Of a stretch of 64,000 nt of DNA, positions 41,324-51,807 are shown one piece after another (position 1 is the first letter of the stretch; every line of letters begins with the position of its first letter). The notes beneath the pieces were generated by a model. It saw only the letters and a list, made by a program, of their open reading frames with translations. It was not told the DNA's origin and did no database searches. This stretch comes from Convolutriloba macropyga (Eukaryota). The DNA is taken from the NCBI RefSeq assembly GCF_964194025.1, contig NC_134477.1, positions 7,564,001-7,628,000 of the forward strand, in the 5' to 3' direction. A program made the position numbers and the translations under genes.

Positions 41324-41672
41324 TAAGTGCTCTTGAACGAAGTTCTTAGCAATTATTGTAAACGTTTGGTCTTTTTCATGGAAATTTTTTGCTTGACTAT
41401 TTTGCGGTTTTCTTCTAGAACATTCTTTGACTTCTCAAATTACTTTCTCACGCTTTCGTTCATGATTTTTGAGTGATCTCTATTGCTCTGACACCGAAGT
41501 AAAGCTTGTTGCTAATAAAAAAAATGGTTGCAGCATGGCAGAGATAAGTGACTGCTAGCGCAATGGTTAGTGCCTCTGGTTCTGCCTTGGGTGTCACTGG
41601 TTGGAACCCAAGCGGGGGCATTTTTTTCTACCCGTCTATCGTTTGAAAGCAATTCTTGGGCATTAAACGGTT
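41324..41672 (+). mobile_element. HINE family A copy, opposite orientation, containing a tRNA-like segment (41549-41620)
   Basis: AAGTGCTCTTGAACG ... CGTTTGAAAGCAATT plus a degenerate hairpin; similar to the reverse complement of 1354-1722 and 7628-8002. Confidence 0.7.
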
Positions 41673-43099
41673 CAGGTTTTTTTCTTTAATCCTATTGGTT
41701 TTGTTAGCGCTTCTGTGTCAATGCCTCTGAACGATTTGTTTGAGTATCTGTTTGAGAACGAAAGGGAGATGTTGAGCTTCTATCCCTGATTGATGAGCGC
41801 TGGGATAAGAAGTATACCATGTTGGACCAGATTAACATGGAACTTTTAACGCATGTTAATTTGTTTTTCGATGACAGTCAAAAACCATGTTATTTGACTC
41901 CCAGTGGATCGCCAACTGTTCTTTTGCAAGCAGAAAGCTGTTGAAGAACCCAGCCAGCATAATTTGCCGTCAAATCTCCGTAACTCAACTATAGTAGCTC
42001 TCTTGTTGACGTATCAGAAAACAATGCAGAAATACAAGCGCAGCCAAAGAGTCACAAACGGAAAAATGAAAGCCTCGCCAAGTTGTCGAATCTCGTCGAA
42101 GATGCAAAGAAAGTTTCCAACTTGGCGTCAATGGTTAGATTTTATGTTTTGAACTTTCAAAGTTAATTTCGAGCAGGAAAGTTGTTTTCTTGGTTTTCTG
42201 TGATTGATAATCTATCCATTCGTGTGGAATGAAATTAGGCAAAAATTTTAAAGGTGCTTGTATGTAAAAAAAATATTTTGCTTCTCAACGTAGTGACATT
42301 TTACCAGAAAAAAATTTGCTTGCTCGAGCAATTTAATTTTTGTGAAATTTTAAAGCTGATTTTTTTTCGCTTTTTCTAAAGTTCCTTCAATCACAGATGA
42401 AATTAAAAATAAACTAAGAGCATTTCCCCTGTGGACAGTCTGTTTCTGTTGAACTTTTACTAACGTTTAGTGCTGCATGAGAGAAAAAGATCTTTGAGCT
42501 ATCCTGAAAGCAAATGAAAGTATGCTTGCTTCACTCATTGAGTCTCACACAAACCTGATTTTTACTACAACAATAAATTTGAGGACAAACGAGGCATATG
42601 GTATTTTTCTAGGTTTCCTTGTATATCAGTTTGTCTTAAACTGTTACCCAAGTGTAAATTGTTTAATGTAAAGAAACGCTTCCAAAGGAGAGAAAGTGAA
42701 TCCTTAGTCCAACAAAATTTGAATGAGAGAAAGAATTTTCAACACCAGAGTGACGTTTTTTGTTTTGTCCCTTCATCGTTGTTACTATCGTGGCAGCTGT
42801 CCTGTGAGGGACAGGCCGTGAAACTTTGTTGTGCTATTGCCTTGAGTTTCTGAGTTGTCTGTCTGGAAGCTGATGACCTTTACTTTTTGCGAGTGAAATA
42901 GTATTAATGTTGTTAGGGGATTTCGATTGTTTTTATTGGAATTCACAAACTGAAATGGCTAGTTAAATTGATTATGCCAATTTGTTTCAATGCACTCGTT
43001 ATGCTGAATATTCTGGGTTCGTTCGCAAAGATCAAGTTGTCGTTCATTTCCTTTGCTTGGGTTAACTATTGGAGGTCTGCTCAACAATTGTACAAGAAG

Positions 43100-43895
43100 A
43101 GCTTTGTTGTTAACTGTTCCTGTTACAATCTACTGATTGGTGACTAACTCCTGCGCTGTTGTTTGATGTTTTTTCTAAAATTTGTCTGATGTTACGCTTG
43201 CAAGATGTTTTTGACGCAACTGAAGCTCTGCACTTCCTTAGCTGACTGTCAGATGAAAAATTGTCGGTATCATTTTGAAATATCAATGATTGGCATCTAT
43301 CAATTTTGAGTTCAATTTCTTTTGAGACAGGACAACAGGTATTGTTTTTATCGATCAATGTCGGGCATGAGTCTTGTTAATATGATATAGAGATTGCATT
43401 GTCCAAACATTTATCTGATGATGATTCTCTCGATTTATTATAGCACTTACGCCAGTTGCGTAAATTGTATCCCTGTGTGATTTTGGGCTTTACCTTTAGT
43501 GTGTCTCGTGCATCTGCTTGATAAAAATTTTATGAAGGCGCATAGAATGATGTTTTTGTAATGTGGCTGTCTCCCAAAACATCAACTGTGTTCATCTTTG
43601 ATTTAGTCAAACCGTTTAGAATTTTCTCTCCTTTGAGCAATGTCATTGTTCGTTAACCTGAGCGTTCTGCAAGTGTGGGGATTTCGTTGGTTGTGAGGGT
43701 AAACTCGGAGACATCCAAATGCTTGTCCAAACATGCCTTTTATTCCAGCAGGGTGTCATACGTTAGTTAAAGCACGTCAACATCATCGGTCCGATAATCT
43801 TCCTCAAGGAAATTGACGACTGAGCCACACTCAATCTCACGTCTCATGATTTGTTGGACCAACGTCTCTTTCCTTTTATTTGTTTTTGGAGCCAT
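43100..43895 (-). pseudogene. Possible heavily decayed retroelement ORF1/gag remnant
   Basis: Coding-like start MAPKTNKRKETLVQ..., many stops, and a Cys-containing stretch (KCYN...KC...SCP...TCC) that could be eroded zinc knuckles. Confidence 0.25.
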
Positions 43896-46659
43896 TTTTT
43901 TCTGTCTAATTGCTGTATGGTTTTGTTCAGGTTATCTGTTTTTCCTGTTTGGTAATAATTTTTGCTTATTGTTTCAATAGTTTGCAGTTTTGAACAGTTT
44001 TAATTTCTCGGCAAGATTAAACTGCACTATCAAAGAGAGCCCGTGTATTGTTGCGCGCAAGAGTTTTTAGTGTTACTTGAGGTTGAAAAGCTGCTTTTTC
44101 TAATTCCGTTGTCTCATATTTGTATATTATGCTTTGAACTGCATGCAGTGTAGTGCAATGGATGAGAATTTTTGATATGGTCAGCCTATATGCTGATAAA
44201 GGGTTAATTTAATTTTTTCACAAGAAATTTTGAAATTTTCTTTGTTAAATGAGCAAAAATTTCTCAGACCCGAGTAGGATTCTGTTGGTGTTGTGATATT
44301 AGTGAAGGTATGGTCTGAGTTTCTTTTATCCTAAATTTTGTTGAGTCTGTTGGACATCGCAGATGGTCGGAGAACGTCATTTTTTTAAGGAAATACAAAT
44401 TGAGAAATTTTTATAACCATCTTTTGATTCTACGGTTACTACTTGACGTTTTTGTCTTTTCTGCAACCAACAGCCTAAATACGAAGTTTTGTCTACTCTT
44501 TAAAGTGGCCTCTGAACTAGAGAGTGTTTGACTATAATTCCTCTGTTCTGTCTTGCTTTACCTTTTGTAAAGATTGAAAATTCCGAAACTTCGATGTCTC
44601 TCTGCAATGAAAACAAATTTAATGTTGTGTTGTTATCTTGTTTATGTATCTGTGTATGTGTATGCGAATGAACACCATCCACTTTCAAGCAAAAAACGTT
44701 GTACACGCATCTACAGCTCATAGACTTTTCTAAAAGGCAGTGGTTTCTTGCAAGAGGTTGCGATGTTTTTTTTTCTAGGCCTACTTGCACGATAGATTTT
44801 AATAAAATGAAAACAAAGACGGGTGTACAAGGTATTTTTTGTTTACAAATATGATATTAGTTACATAATTAAATATAGGTAATTAGGTTTATATAGATAT
44901 AGGTTACTTCGGATTGAGACCCTTTTTACTTCTGTTACTTTGTTCTTTGTTAGAAAGGTTGTACTTCAAAACACACAGTTGCTGGCAAACAATCCTTTTC
45001 TTGTCATTTTCCTAAACTATTTTCCTTCTCTTTTTGAATTTTGTACTATTTTATAATGTTTTCGCACTTTTTCTGTTCTCTTCCATTTTTTGTGAATTTT
45101 GAACTTTTTCCTCTCTTTTCTTGCGTATTCGTTGGTGGGTTGTAGTTCCTGTTCTAAAACAAAGAAAACATTAAGTTATGTGAATAAAAAGGGAGTACAA
45201 AGGTACTCCTTGTCTTTACGTTATTTTTTTTCACTGTCTTCACTTAAAATTTTAGATTTTAAATTTCATATCAGATGCTTTAGTTGCAGTTCGTTGTTTC
45301 GGGGTCACCAATGTTGATTAACTTCCTTATAAGATCAATTTGGCAACAGTGAATTCACACAATTTGGTTTTAGTGGTATGTTAGCATGGAAACATATGAG
45401 CTAAAGTTAGAAGTCAAAGCCTGCAGAACAAGCCAAATTAAGAGCCATTGAAATATTAAAGCTTGAGCCTCAACATTGTACAATTTTCAGATGATACTTG
45501 GCTTAGATGTAATGGGACAGGAAATAGTTGAACCGGAAAAGGTACGGAGTTTTTTCACTGAAGCAACAATTTATATACAAAGGAACAGTTTACTCTAAAG
45601 GCAAAAAACGAACCAATTCGATGATAAAACAACCATGATGAAATAGCTGTTTTAAAAATAAAGAAAACTATACGTTTGAAAAACATACACAATTTAGGAA
45701 TGTTAAAATTGAATTTGATTAGAAAGCTTTATGGGATGGTCAAATGAACTATAATCTATATTGTAGGGCCCCTGTTACTTGTTCAGTTTAGCTGATAAGA
45801 TATCAAAGTATTTAAAAACGAAGGAAAGTTTCTTTAATCTACGTGCTCTATGGCTCTTGTTTTCTACTGGATTTTGTCTTCAATTCCTATAAGACGAAAA
45901 ATAAGACGTCTGATTCGGCTAATTAAATGAGGAGACAGTTTGTTTCCTTTGCAAGAAATATAACCAAGCTAGAGATCTTCTAATGCTTGAAGTATAACTC
46001 CTCGTACCGTAACGTCTTTGTTCAGGATGAATTGGAAAATTTTAAAAACTAGGCTGATTGATTCCTTTTTTTCTAATGAAGGTTTCCTAAAATTTTGTTT
46101 AAAAAAAACTAACGAATGCTTGGATGAATTGTAGATAAAAAATTTTGGTGCCAGTGTCTTACGGCCATAGATTTTACTTTTCTGGTGAATGTGCTATGAG
46201 TGAAAACTATTCAAACTTTTGACCATTGAAAATCTTCAGCATACCATGAGTAACTCAGACTCAATCCGTGCGCAGGATTAGCGGGACGTGAACTGTTAGC
46301 TCAACAGAACCATGTCGGCGACAGAGAATTTCGATATTTTTGTGGCTCATTGTCAGTCTTTTTGTTAAAAGTAGAGGAGTTTCAGAAGAAATTAGAGACG
46401 AACTTTCACTGTTATTACCTGTTATTAATACAAGATGATACGGGACAATGGGTGACTTACATCCGGGGCGCAAACTTAACCAAGACAGGCCGGCCGTAAT
46501 TGGCTTTTAAAGTTAAAATTTGGGACGCAAAATTCTTGAATAATTTTTTTGCTGTGAACGCGTTGAAAGTGTTGAACTGAGGTAGATTTGTCACCAAATT
46601 CAATGCAATCACAGCCAAATTATGCAAGGATTTTTACCGTTAAAAAATCCAACATCAGA

Positions 46660-46699
46660 ACGCTAGTAAGCACCGATCTTCAAAATATCGGCTCATAAG
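46660..46699 (+). repeat. Left 40-bp flanking direct repeat (long TSD-like)
   Basis: ACGCTAGTAAGCACCGATCTTCAAAATATCGGCTCATAAG, identical to 62582-62621. Confidence 0.95.
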
Positions 46700-46812
46700 A
46701 GTAGTATATAATACCTACGTAAAGAAAGGGGGGTTATCATTCGACTCTTAACCACAGGATAATAGGTAGTGGCGGTTAAGTGGGAATAGGATAGGCGGGA
46801 TAAAATCTTTCC
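46700..46812 (+). repeat. Left terminal inverted repeat
   Basis: 46701-46812 is the reverse complement of 62471-62583 with one substitution and one indel in the G/C run. Confidence 0.96.
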
Positions 46813-47024
46813 GCCGCTGTTTATTGCCGTTTGGATTGTTCTATTCCGCCGTTCTTGCTAGTTCTTTCTGGTCGTTTGAATTTAACGCTACATGTAAAAA
46901 GTAGTCTCATTGCCCTAAAAGAGGGGAGGGGCTTATTATGTGATATTTAGACGTGTGATTAAGTGGTTTTGGTCAGTTGTTAGCAAAAATTGATCATTAT
47001 TGGGAGAATGTGTGCATAGATCAA

Positions 47025-47201
47025 ATGGCAACTATAGCAACGCTTGATTTGAAAAGTATTCACGAAACTTACAAGGAAATCGAAAAAGAATATTCACAAT
47101 ACGGTAAACGATTTTTATACTTTTTAGCCACTTGTTTGCATTTGGATCCGGATCTTGATTTGGATATTGCGTTGATGTTGCGGCCGTTGAAGTTGAAATA
47201 G
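47025..47201 (+). CDS. Small hypothetical viral protein (58 aa)
   Basis: ATG at 47025 in AAAATGG-like context; first ORF of the co-oriented gene block; no recognisable motif. Confidence 0.4.
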   Translation: MATIATLDLKSIHETYKEIEKEYSQYGKRFLYFLATCLHLDPDLDLDIALMLRPLKLK

Positions 47202-47249
47202 AAGCTTTCAAGAAGTATCTTTCTCTACTGGAGTACTTTCAATTGTACC

Positions 47250-47504
47250 ATGTCTTTACAAGAGAAAATGAAAAGGTTGAAACTAACCCCTTTACGTACG
47301 CCCAAGCGTGCAGTACCAGTTCTGATGTCTCTGGACGATGAGACTCTTCCCGATGACATCAAGCAGCTGATTAAAGAGAACAATGTAGAGTCAATTGTTT
47401 TTAGAGATAAACAAGATTCGATGAATGCAAACTATACAATCACTTACAAACAAGGAGACGAAGACTCTGGATATGTTTCTTATGAATTTTTTATATTTAA
47501 ATAA
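47250..47504 (+). CDS. Small hypothetical viral protein (84 aa)
   Basis: ACCATG start, protein-like composition, co-oriented with the block. Confidence 0.55.
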   Translation: MSLQEKMKRLKLTPLRTPKRAVPVLMSLDDETLPDDIKQLIKENNVESIVFRDKQDSMNANYTITYKQGDEDSGYVSYEFFIFK

Positions 47505-47558
47505 TTATGTAAAAATTCCTGGAAAGCAATTCATTTTTTTGAACAATTTTATTTCACA

Positions 47559-47834
47559 ATGAGTCAAACCGAAGATCAATTAGATTCGGGTGCAGGCATA
47601 AACGACTTGGTTTTTGACGCCGAGCACCAAGAAAGACAATCTTGGAGGTTTTGCAATTCGAGATTGCCTCGATCAGAGGTTGTATACTTTACACAAATCA
47701 TTATAATAATTTTTCTTATAACTGTATCTCTCACCAAGTTGGTTTTTTTCAGTCTTGACTGTGAAGAATCCACATTTTGGTTTTCACTTCTTTCTTGTAC
47801 AGTTGGATACGCTCTTCCAAATCCAAAGTTATGA
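47559..47834 (+). CDS. Small two-TM membrane protein (91 aa)
   Basis: Two hydrophobic segments (VVYFTQIIIIIFLITVSL; FWFSLLSCTVGYALP); its stop overlaps the ATG of the ATPase (ATGA). Confidence 0.8.
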   Translation: MSQTEDQLDSGAGINDLVFDAEHQERQSWRFCNSRLPRSEVVYFTQIIIIIFLITVSLTKLVFFSLDCEESTFWFSLLSCTVGYALPNPKL

Positions 47835-48560
47835 ATAAAGTTATTTCTACCAATGACCGGTTGTTCATGGCTGTTTGGGCCGTCTTGCAGCGGAAAAACT
47901 GAGCTCATTTTCAAAATGTTATTAGTTGGCACATTTTTCCCAGAGTTTCAAACAATTTATTATTTTTATCAGCATGATCAGCCAAAATTCCAATCGTTAG
48001 AGAAGAAACTGAACATACATTTTAAAAAATTCTCCAATTTTGAGCTCATTTCAGAGTTAGAGAACTGCCTTCTTGTGTTCGATGATTCATGTGAAGAAAT
48101 TTTTAATGACAAAGAATTTTCCAAATTAGCAACCGCAGGGCGACATAGAAACATCAGTGTAATTTATGTTAAACACAATTTGTTCCAGCAAAGCAGATGG
48201 TCCAGAACAATTGATCTAAACACAACACATATCATATTGTTCAAATCACCCCGTGACACACAACAGATTAGTTTTATTGGTCGACAGTTGAATAATGCAC
48301 AATTTTTAAAAGAAAGCTATGAGCTCGCAACCAAAGAACCGTTTGGTCATTTATTAGTTGATTTGGATCCAAAAACATCAGACGTCTTGCGCTACTGTTC
48401 AAATATTGTTCCTCCAGGACCATCAATTTTTTATCTGCCATCAGCTAAAGCCGTTATCACAAATTTGAGCGATGAGAGAGAAAGAAGTTTGTATGCTGGG
48501 GCGGCTGCTAGACATATCGGATACAAAACTAAAAGAGAAGATCGAGAGAGCTCCAAATAA
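47831..48560 (+). CDS. FtsK/A32-like DNA packaging ATPase, probably frameshifted near the N-terminus
   Basis: Walker A GPSCSGKT, Walker B LLVFDD, GRHRNISVIYVKHNLF. The natural-looking start MNKVISTNDRLFMAV (47831) is out of frame with GPS at ~47876; the ORF track uses ATG 47853. Confidence 0.92.
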
Positions 48561-48771
48561 ATTCATTAAATTCCTTTGCGAATGTTTGCTCAACATTGTC
48601 AATGGTAATGTTCCAATAAGAAAAAGTGTTGTAGAAGGTTATGAAAAATCATTCAGAAAGCTATTGTCTAGACAAACAAGTTTGAAAGAAAAGAGGCAGA
48701 TTTTTGCTAGAGAAACAGATTTGGTCAAAATTGTTGGTTTCGCTTGTTATCGATATTTGACAAAATCATAA
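48493..48771 (+). CDS. Conserved small Polinton protein (LCECLLNIVNGNV motif)
   Basis: CECxxNxxxGNV motif recalled from small Maverick proteins; overlaps the ATPase end; stop overlaps the next ATG (TAATG). Confidence 0.75.
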   Translation: MLGRLLDISDTKLKEKIERAPNKFIKFLCECLLNIVNGNVPIRKSVVEGYEKSFRKLLSRQTSLKEKRQIFARETDLVKIVGFACYRYLTKS

Positions 48772-49520
48772 TGCGCACCGAAGAATTCATTTTAATTCCA
48801 AAACGAATGTTTGCTTCACATCAACCGGTAAAAAAAGAAGTTTTGGACAATCCCCTTTATAAACAGAAAGCTGCACAGCTGTCTCTTTTGCAAAGAAACC
48901 AGTCCAACTCAATGGAAAAACCAGAGAAAGCATTTGAACCAGTTGAGACTGCAAACAAACTGATGATTGAAACAGCAGAAGAGGAGAAAACAGAACCCAT
49001 GAGCGAAGACAGCGAGATTGAACCGGTAGTGAAAAAACAAAGAAAAAGCGACGATTTCACCTCTATAATGATAGAGCTAGAAGTTATGAATAAAAACCAA
49101 ATCAAAAGATCAAAAATCATACTTGACTTGATTAACCAATCTGAAACAGTCACCATAGAGTCGAACGACGTTCTTCACGTTAATAAAGAAACACTGGGCA
49201 TCAAAGCTTTAACATTTTTGTACAATCTACAGCAACCAACTAAAAAAATTGACATTGAAAAATACTCAAAAATTTTATTTGCTCTTAATATCTCACCTCA
49301 TCTTGTTGCAAATACACATGCCAAGCAAATCTTGGAAGCCTCGTCTGAAAGTGAACAAGAATTTTTCCCAAGTAGAGAACAACCCAGTCAACAAGAGTTC
49401 TCCTCTACTGGAGAACGACTCAGTGGCTCAAAACCAACCCGAAAAAAATATAAAGAAGAAACGGACCAAACGCCAGACAAAGAAGAGACCAGTCAGAAGA
49501 TGTGGTCTTTCTTTTCCTGA
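48771..49520 (+). CDS. Polinton hypothetical protein (249 aa) upstream of integrase
   Basis: Long ORF starting at the TAATG overlap; charged low-complexity regions flank a globular core. Confidence 0.75.
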   Translation: MRTEEFILIPKRMFASHQPVKKEVLDNPLYKQKAAQLSLLQRNQSNSMEKPEKAFEPVETANKLMIETAEEEKTEPMSEDSEIEPVVKKQRKSDDFTSIMIELEVMNKNQIKRSKIILDLINQSETVTIESNDVLHVNKETLGIKALTFLYNLQQPTKKIDIEKYSKILFALNISPHLVANTHAKQILEASSESEQEFFPSREQPSQQEFSSTGERLSGSKPTRKKYKEETDQTPDKEETSQKMWSFFS

Positions 49521-50524
49521 AGTAAAAAAATTGGATCAGTTGTATTTAAAAGGACCAGCTTCGTATGGAAGCATAAAACGACTACAGACTCAAAGCAAGC
49601 TCCCTATAGGCAAAGTCCTGTCCTATTTGGAGACAAAGCCGTCTTTCACAAAGTACCGTTCAATTCGATTAAAATTTCCTAGGCTTAAAGTTTTTGTAAA
49701 AGACATTAACGAAATTTGGTCTCTAGATTTGGCACACGTTGATAAATTAGCAAATTATAACCGCAACATCAAGTATCTCCTAGTAGCGGTTGATTGTTTG
49801 TCAAGATATTTACGTTGATAAATTAGCAAAGTATAACCGCAACATCAAGTATCTCCTAGTAGCGGTTGATTGTTTGTCAAGATATTTACGAGTGGAACCT
49901 TTAAAAACAAAGTACGCAACAGAAGCAGCTGAAGCATTCAAAAAGATGATCAAAAACAAACAGCCCGAAAAAGTATGGGTTGACGATGGCACAGAATTTC
50001 TGGGAGAATTCAAACAATTGTGCAACAAACGCGGAATTCAGTTATATAGTACTTTCAGTGAAAAAAAGTCAGCTTTTGCAGAGAGGAACATTAGATCTCT
50101 CAAAAAGATAATTCATCGGTATCTCGAAGAAAAGTGGACCTATAGCTACATTGACCAATTAGATCAATTTGTGAAAACAATCAATTCAAGAGTCAATCGA
50201 GTAACTAAAATTGCTCCCAACAAAGTTACAAAAAAAGATGTGCCACGACTAGTTTCATTGACAGTCCAAACAAGCTCAAATCAGAAGCCCAAGTTTTACA
50301 TTGGAGACTTTGTGAGAATAGTTAAAAAAGATAAAGCATTCAGGAAAAGTTACAAGCAATCGTTCACAGACGAAGTCTTTGAAATAACGGGAATACCGAC
50401 ATTAAGCCCACCAACATACTCCTTAGTCGACACAGACAAAGAACCAATTCAAGGAAAATTTTATCAACCAGAATTACAAGTTGTCAGGCTCCCTCTCGTT
50501 GAAAATGTCCAACAACCGGTTTGA
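49500..50524 (+). pseudogene. Retroviral-like (rve/DDE) integrase disrupted by a 76-bp tandem duplication
   Basis: WSLDL, LVAVDCLSRY, VWVDDGTEF, AERNIRSLK, GKFYQPELQ motifs. 49736-49811 is repeated at 49812-49887, causing a frameshift and a stop at 49816-49818. Start codon uncertain. Confidence 0.93.
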
Positions 50525-51389
50525 AGACGAGTTTACAGTTCACGTTGTTTCATCCGCTTCAATGGAAATATTTGATTCAAACACACTTGCATCATTTCGA
50601 AATTTTTTTAATGACGAAATTCAACTTGCAGGTGATTGGAGAGTGGCGTTAAGTGAAATCATATTCCCAACAAAAATAGAAAACATAGTAAACGGAGATC
50701 TAATTGTGTACAACTTAAAAGACTATGAAGATTCCCAAAAGATGTCTTCGGGAGCTAATGTTATTTCTAGACCTTATAGTGGACAACAATTTAGTTTTAT
50801 GCCAGGAACCTTTGATACAGTGGCACAACTTCTTGCTACAATTAAGCGAACAATTGGACTGCCCAATTTTTCTTTCAGAGAGTTGAAGAGCTCTGGAAAA
50901 TATGAAATTTTATTTGGCAAATATGAGGGAATTACATTTCCCAGCGAGGAAATTCCGAGCATTATTGGATTTAAGGGTATTCCTGACGGTAATGGAATAC
51001 ATATTGGGTACAAAATGATTCCCAATGCGAACAGGTTTATGAAAAGTGATGATACGAAAGCTTATTATGGGGAGTTCCCAGCTGATCTTTGTGCTGGAAA
51101 GCATCTAATTTTCATCTACACTAACATAATTGAATATCAATACGTTGGTGACACTAAGGCTCCTCTTTTCCGAGTCATTGATTCAAAACAACGTCTGAAA
51201 AATGGTAGTGTTTGTGAGCTTGAGCCAACTCATCGGATAGTTTTTACAAATTTAGACTATAAGAAGCTCCTAACCAACACAATTCAATCGATTTCAATTG
51301 AACTGAGAACGGAAACAGGACAATTAGTTCCCTTTTCGGGAACTGGAAAAGTTATTCTAACACTACAATTCAAAAAATTTTCCTCCTAA
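50505..51389 (+). CDS. Minor capsid protein (penton-like)
   Basis: FTVHVVSSASMEIFDSNTLASFRN...LAGDWRVALSEIIFP and FIYTNIIEYQYVGDTKAPL...ISIELRTETGQLVPF...LTLQF are typical of Polinton minor capsid proteins. Confidence 0.88.
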   Translation: MSNNRFEDEFTVHVVSSASMEIFDSNTLASFRNFFNDEIQLAGDWRVALSEIIFPTKIENIVNGDLIVYNLKDYEDSQKMSSGANVISRPYSGQQFSFMPGTFDTVAQLLATIKRTIGLPNFSFRELKSSGKYEILFGKYEGITFPSEEIPSIIGFKGIPDGNGIHIGYKMIPNANRFMKSDDTKAYYGEFPADLCAGKHLIFIYTNIIEYQYVGDTKAPLFRVIDSKQRLKNGSVCELEPTHRIVFTNLDYKKLLTNTIQSISIELRTETGQLVPFSGTGKVILTLQFKKFSS

Positions 51390-51390
51390 A

Positions 51391-51807
51391 ATGGATTCTT
51401 ATTATGCGAATCAAGCAACGTCTTTGCCTCACTTCTCTGGACATTATCGTCAAAGAGGAAGTGGTTTTGGAGCCCTAGCTGCAGGCATTGGACGTGTTGC
51501 GCTGCCTTTAGCACGTCGTTTCATTTTGCCTACAGCGAAGCGTATCGGGAAAGAGCTTTTGAAACAAAGTGTTCCAGAGATTTTGGATGTAGTCGGAAGC
51601 AAAAAATCTCCTAAACAGGCGTTTAAAAATACAATCGCAAAAACTGTTAAAAAACAGACTGGGGGATCTCGACGAAATACTTCACGTCGGAGGAAGTCAA
51701 GTCGAGTCAAGCCACAGAAAGCGATCAACAAACGCAAAAAAAACCATTTCAACGCACAGAGCTCCAAAAAGAAGTCGGTCAGATTTTTTTGCCAGAGTGA
51801 ACGATGA
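51391..51807 (+). CDS. Basic virion core-like protein (YYxxQ...QRGSGFG motif)
   Basis: QRGSG and QTGG motifs (candidate adenain sites), an amphipathic segment and an R/K-rich tail; lies between the two capsid genes. Confidence 0.8.
   Translation: MDSYYANQATSLPHFSGHYRQRGSGFGALAAGIGRVALPLARRFILPTAKRIGKELLKQSVPEILDVVGSKKSPKQAFKNTIAKTVKKQTGGSRRNTSRRRKSSRVKPQKAINKRKKNHFNAQSSKKKSVRFFCQSER

Noticed and set aside
44500-44790. RNase H remnant of a retroelement
   Set aside because: Only a vague HSH similarity; no catalytic motifs recognisable.
47754-47768. LxCxE (LDCEE) Rb-binding motif
   Set aside because: It lies in the short loop between two predicted TM helices of a membrane protein; likely chance.
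49790-49890. Programmed frameshift in the integrase
   Set aside because: Fully explained by a 76-bp tandem duplication; no slippery site is needed.
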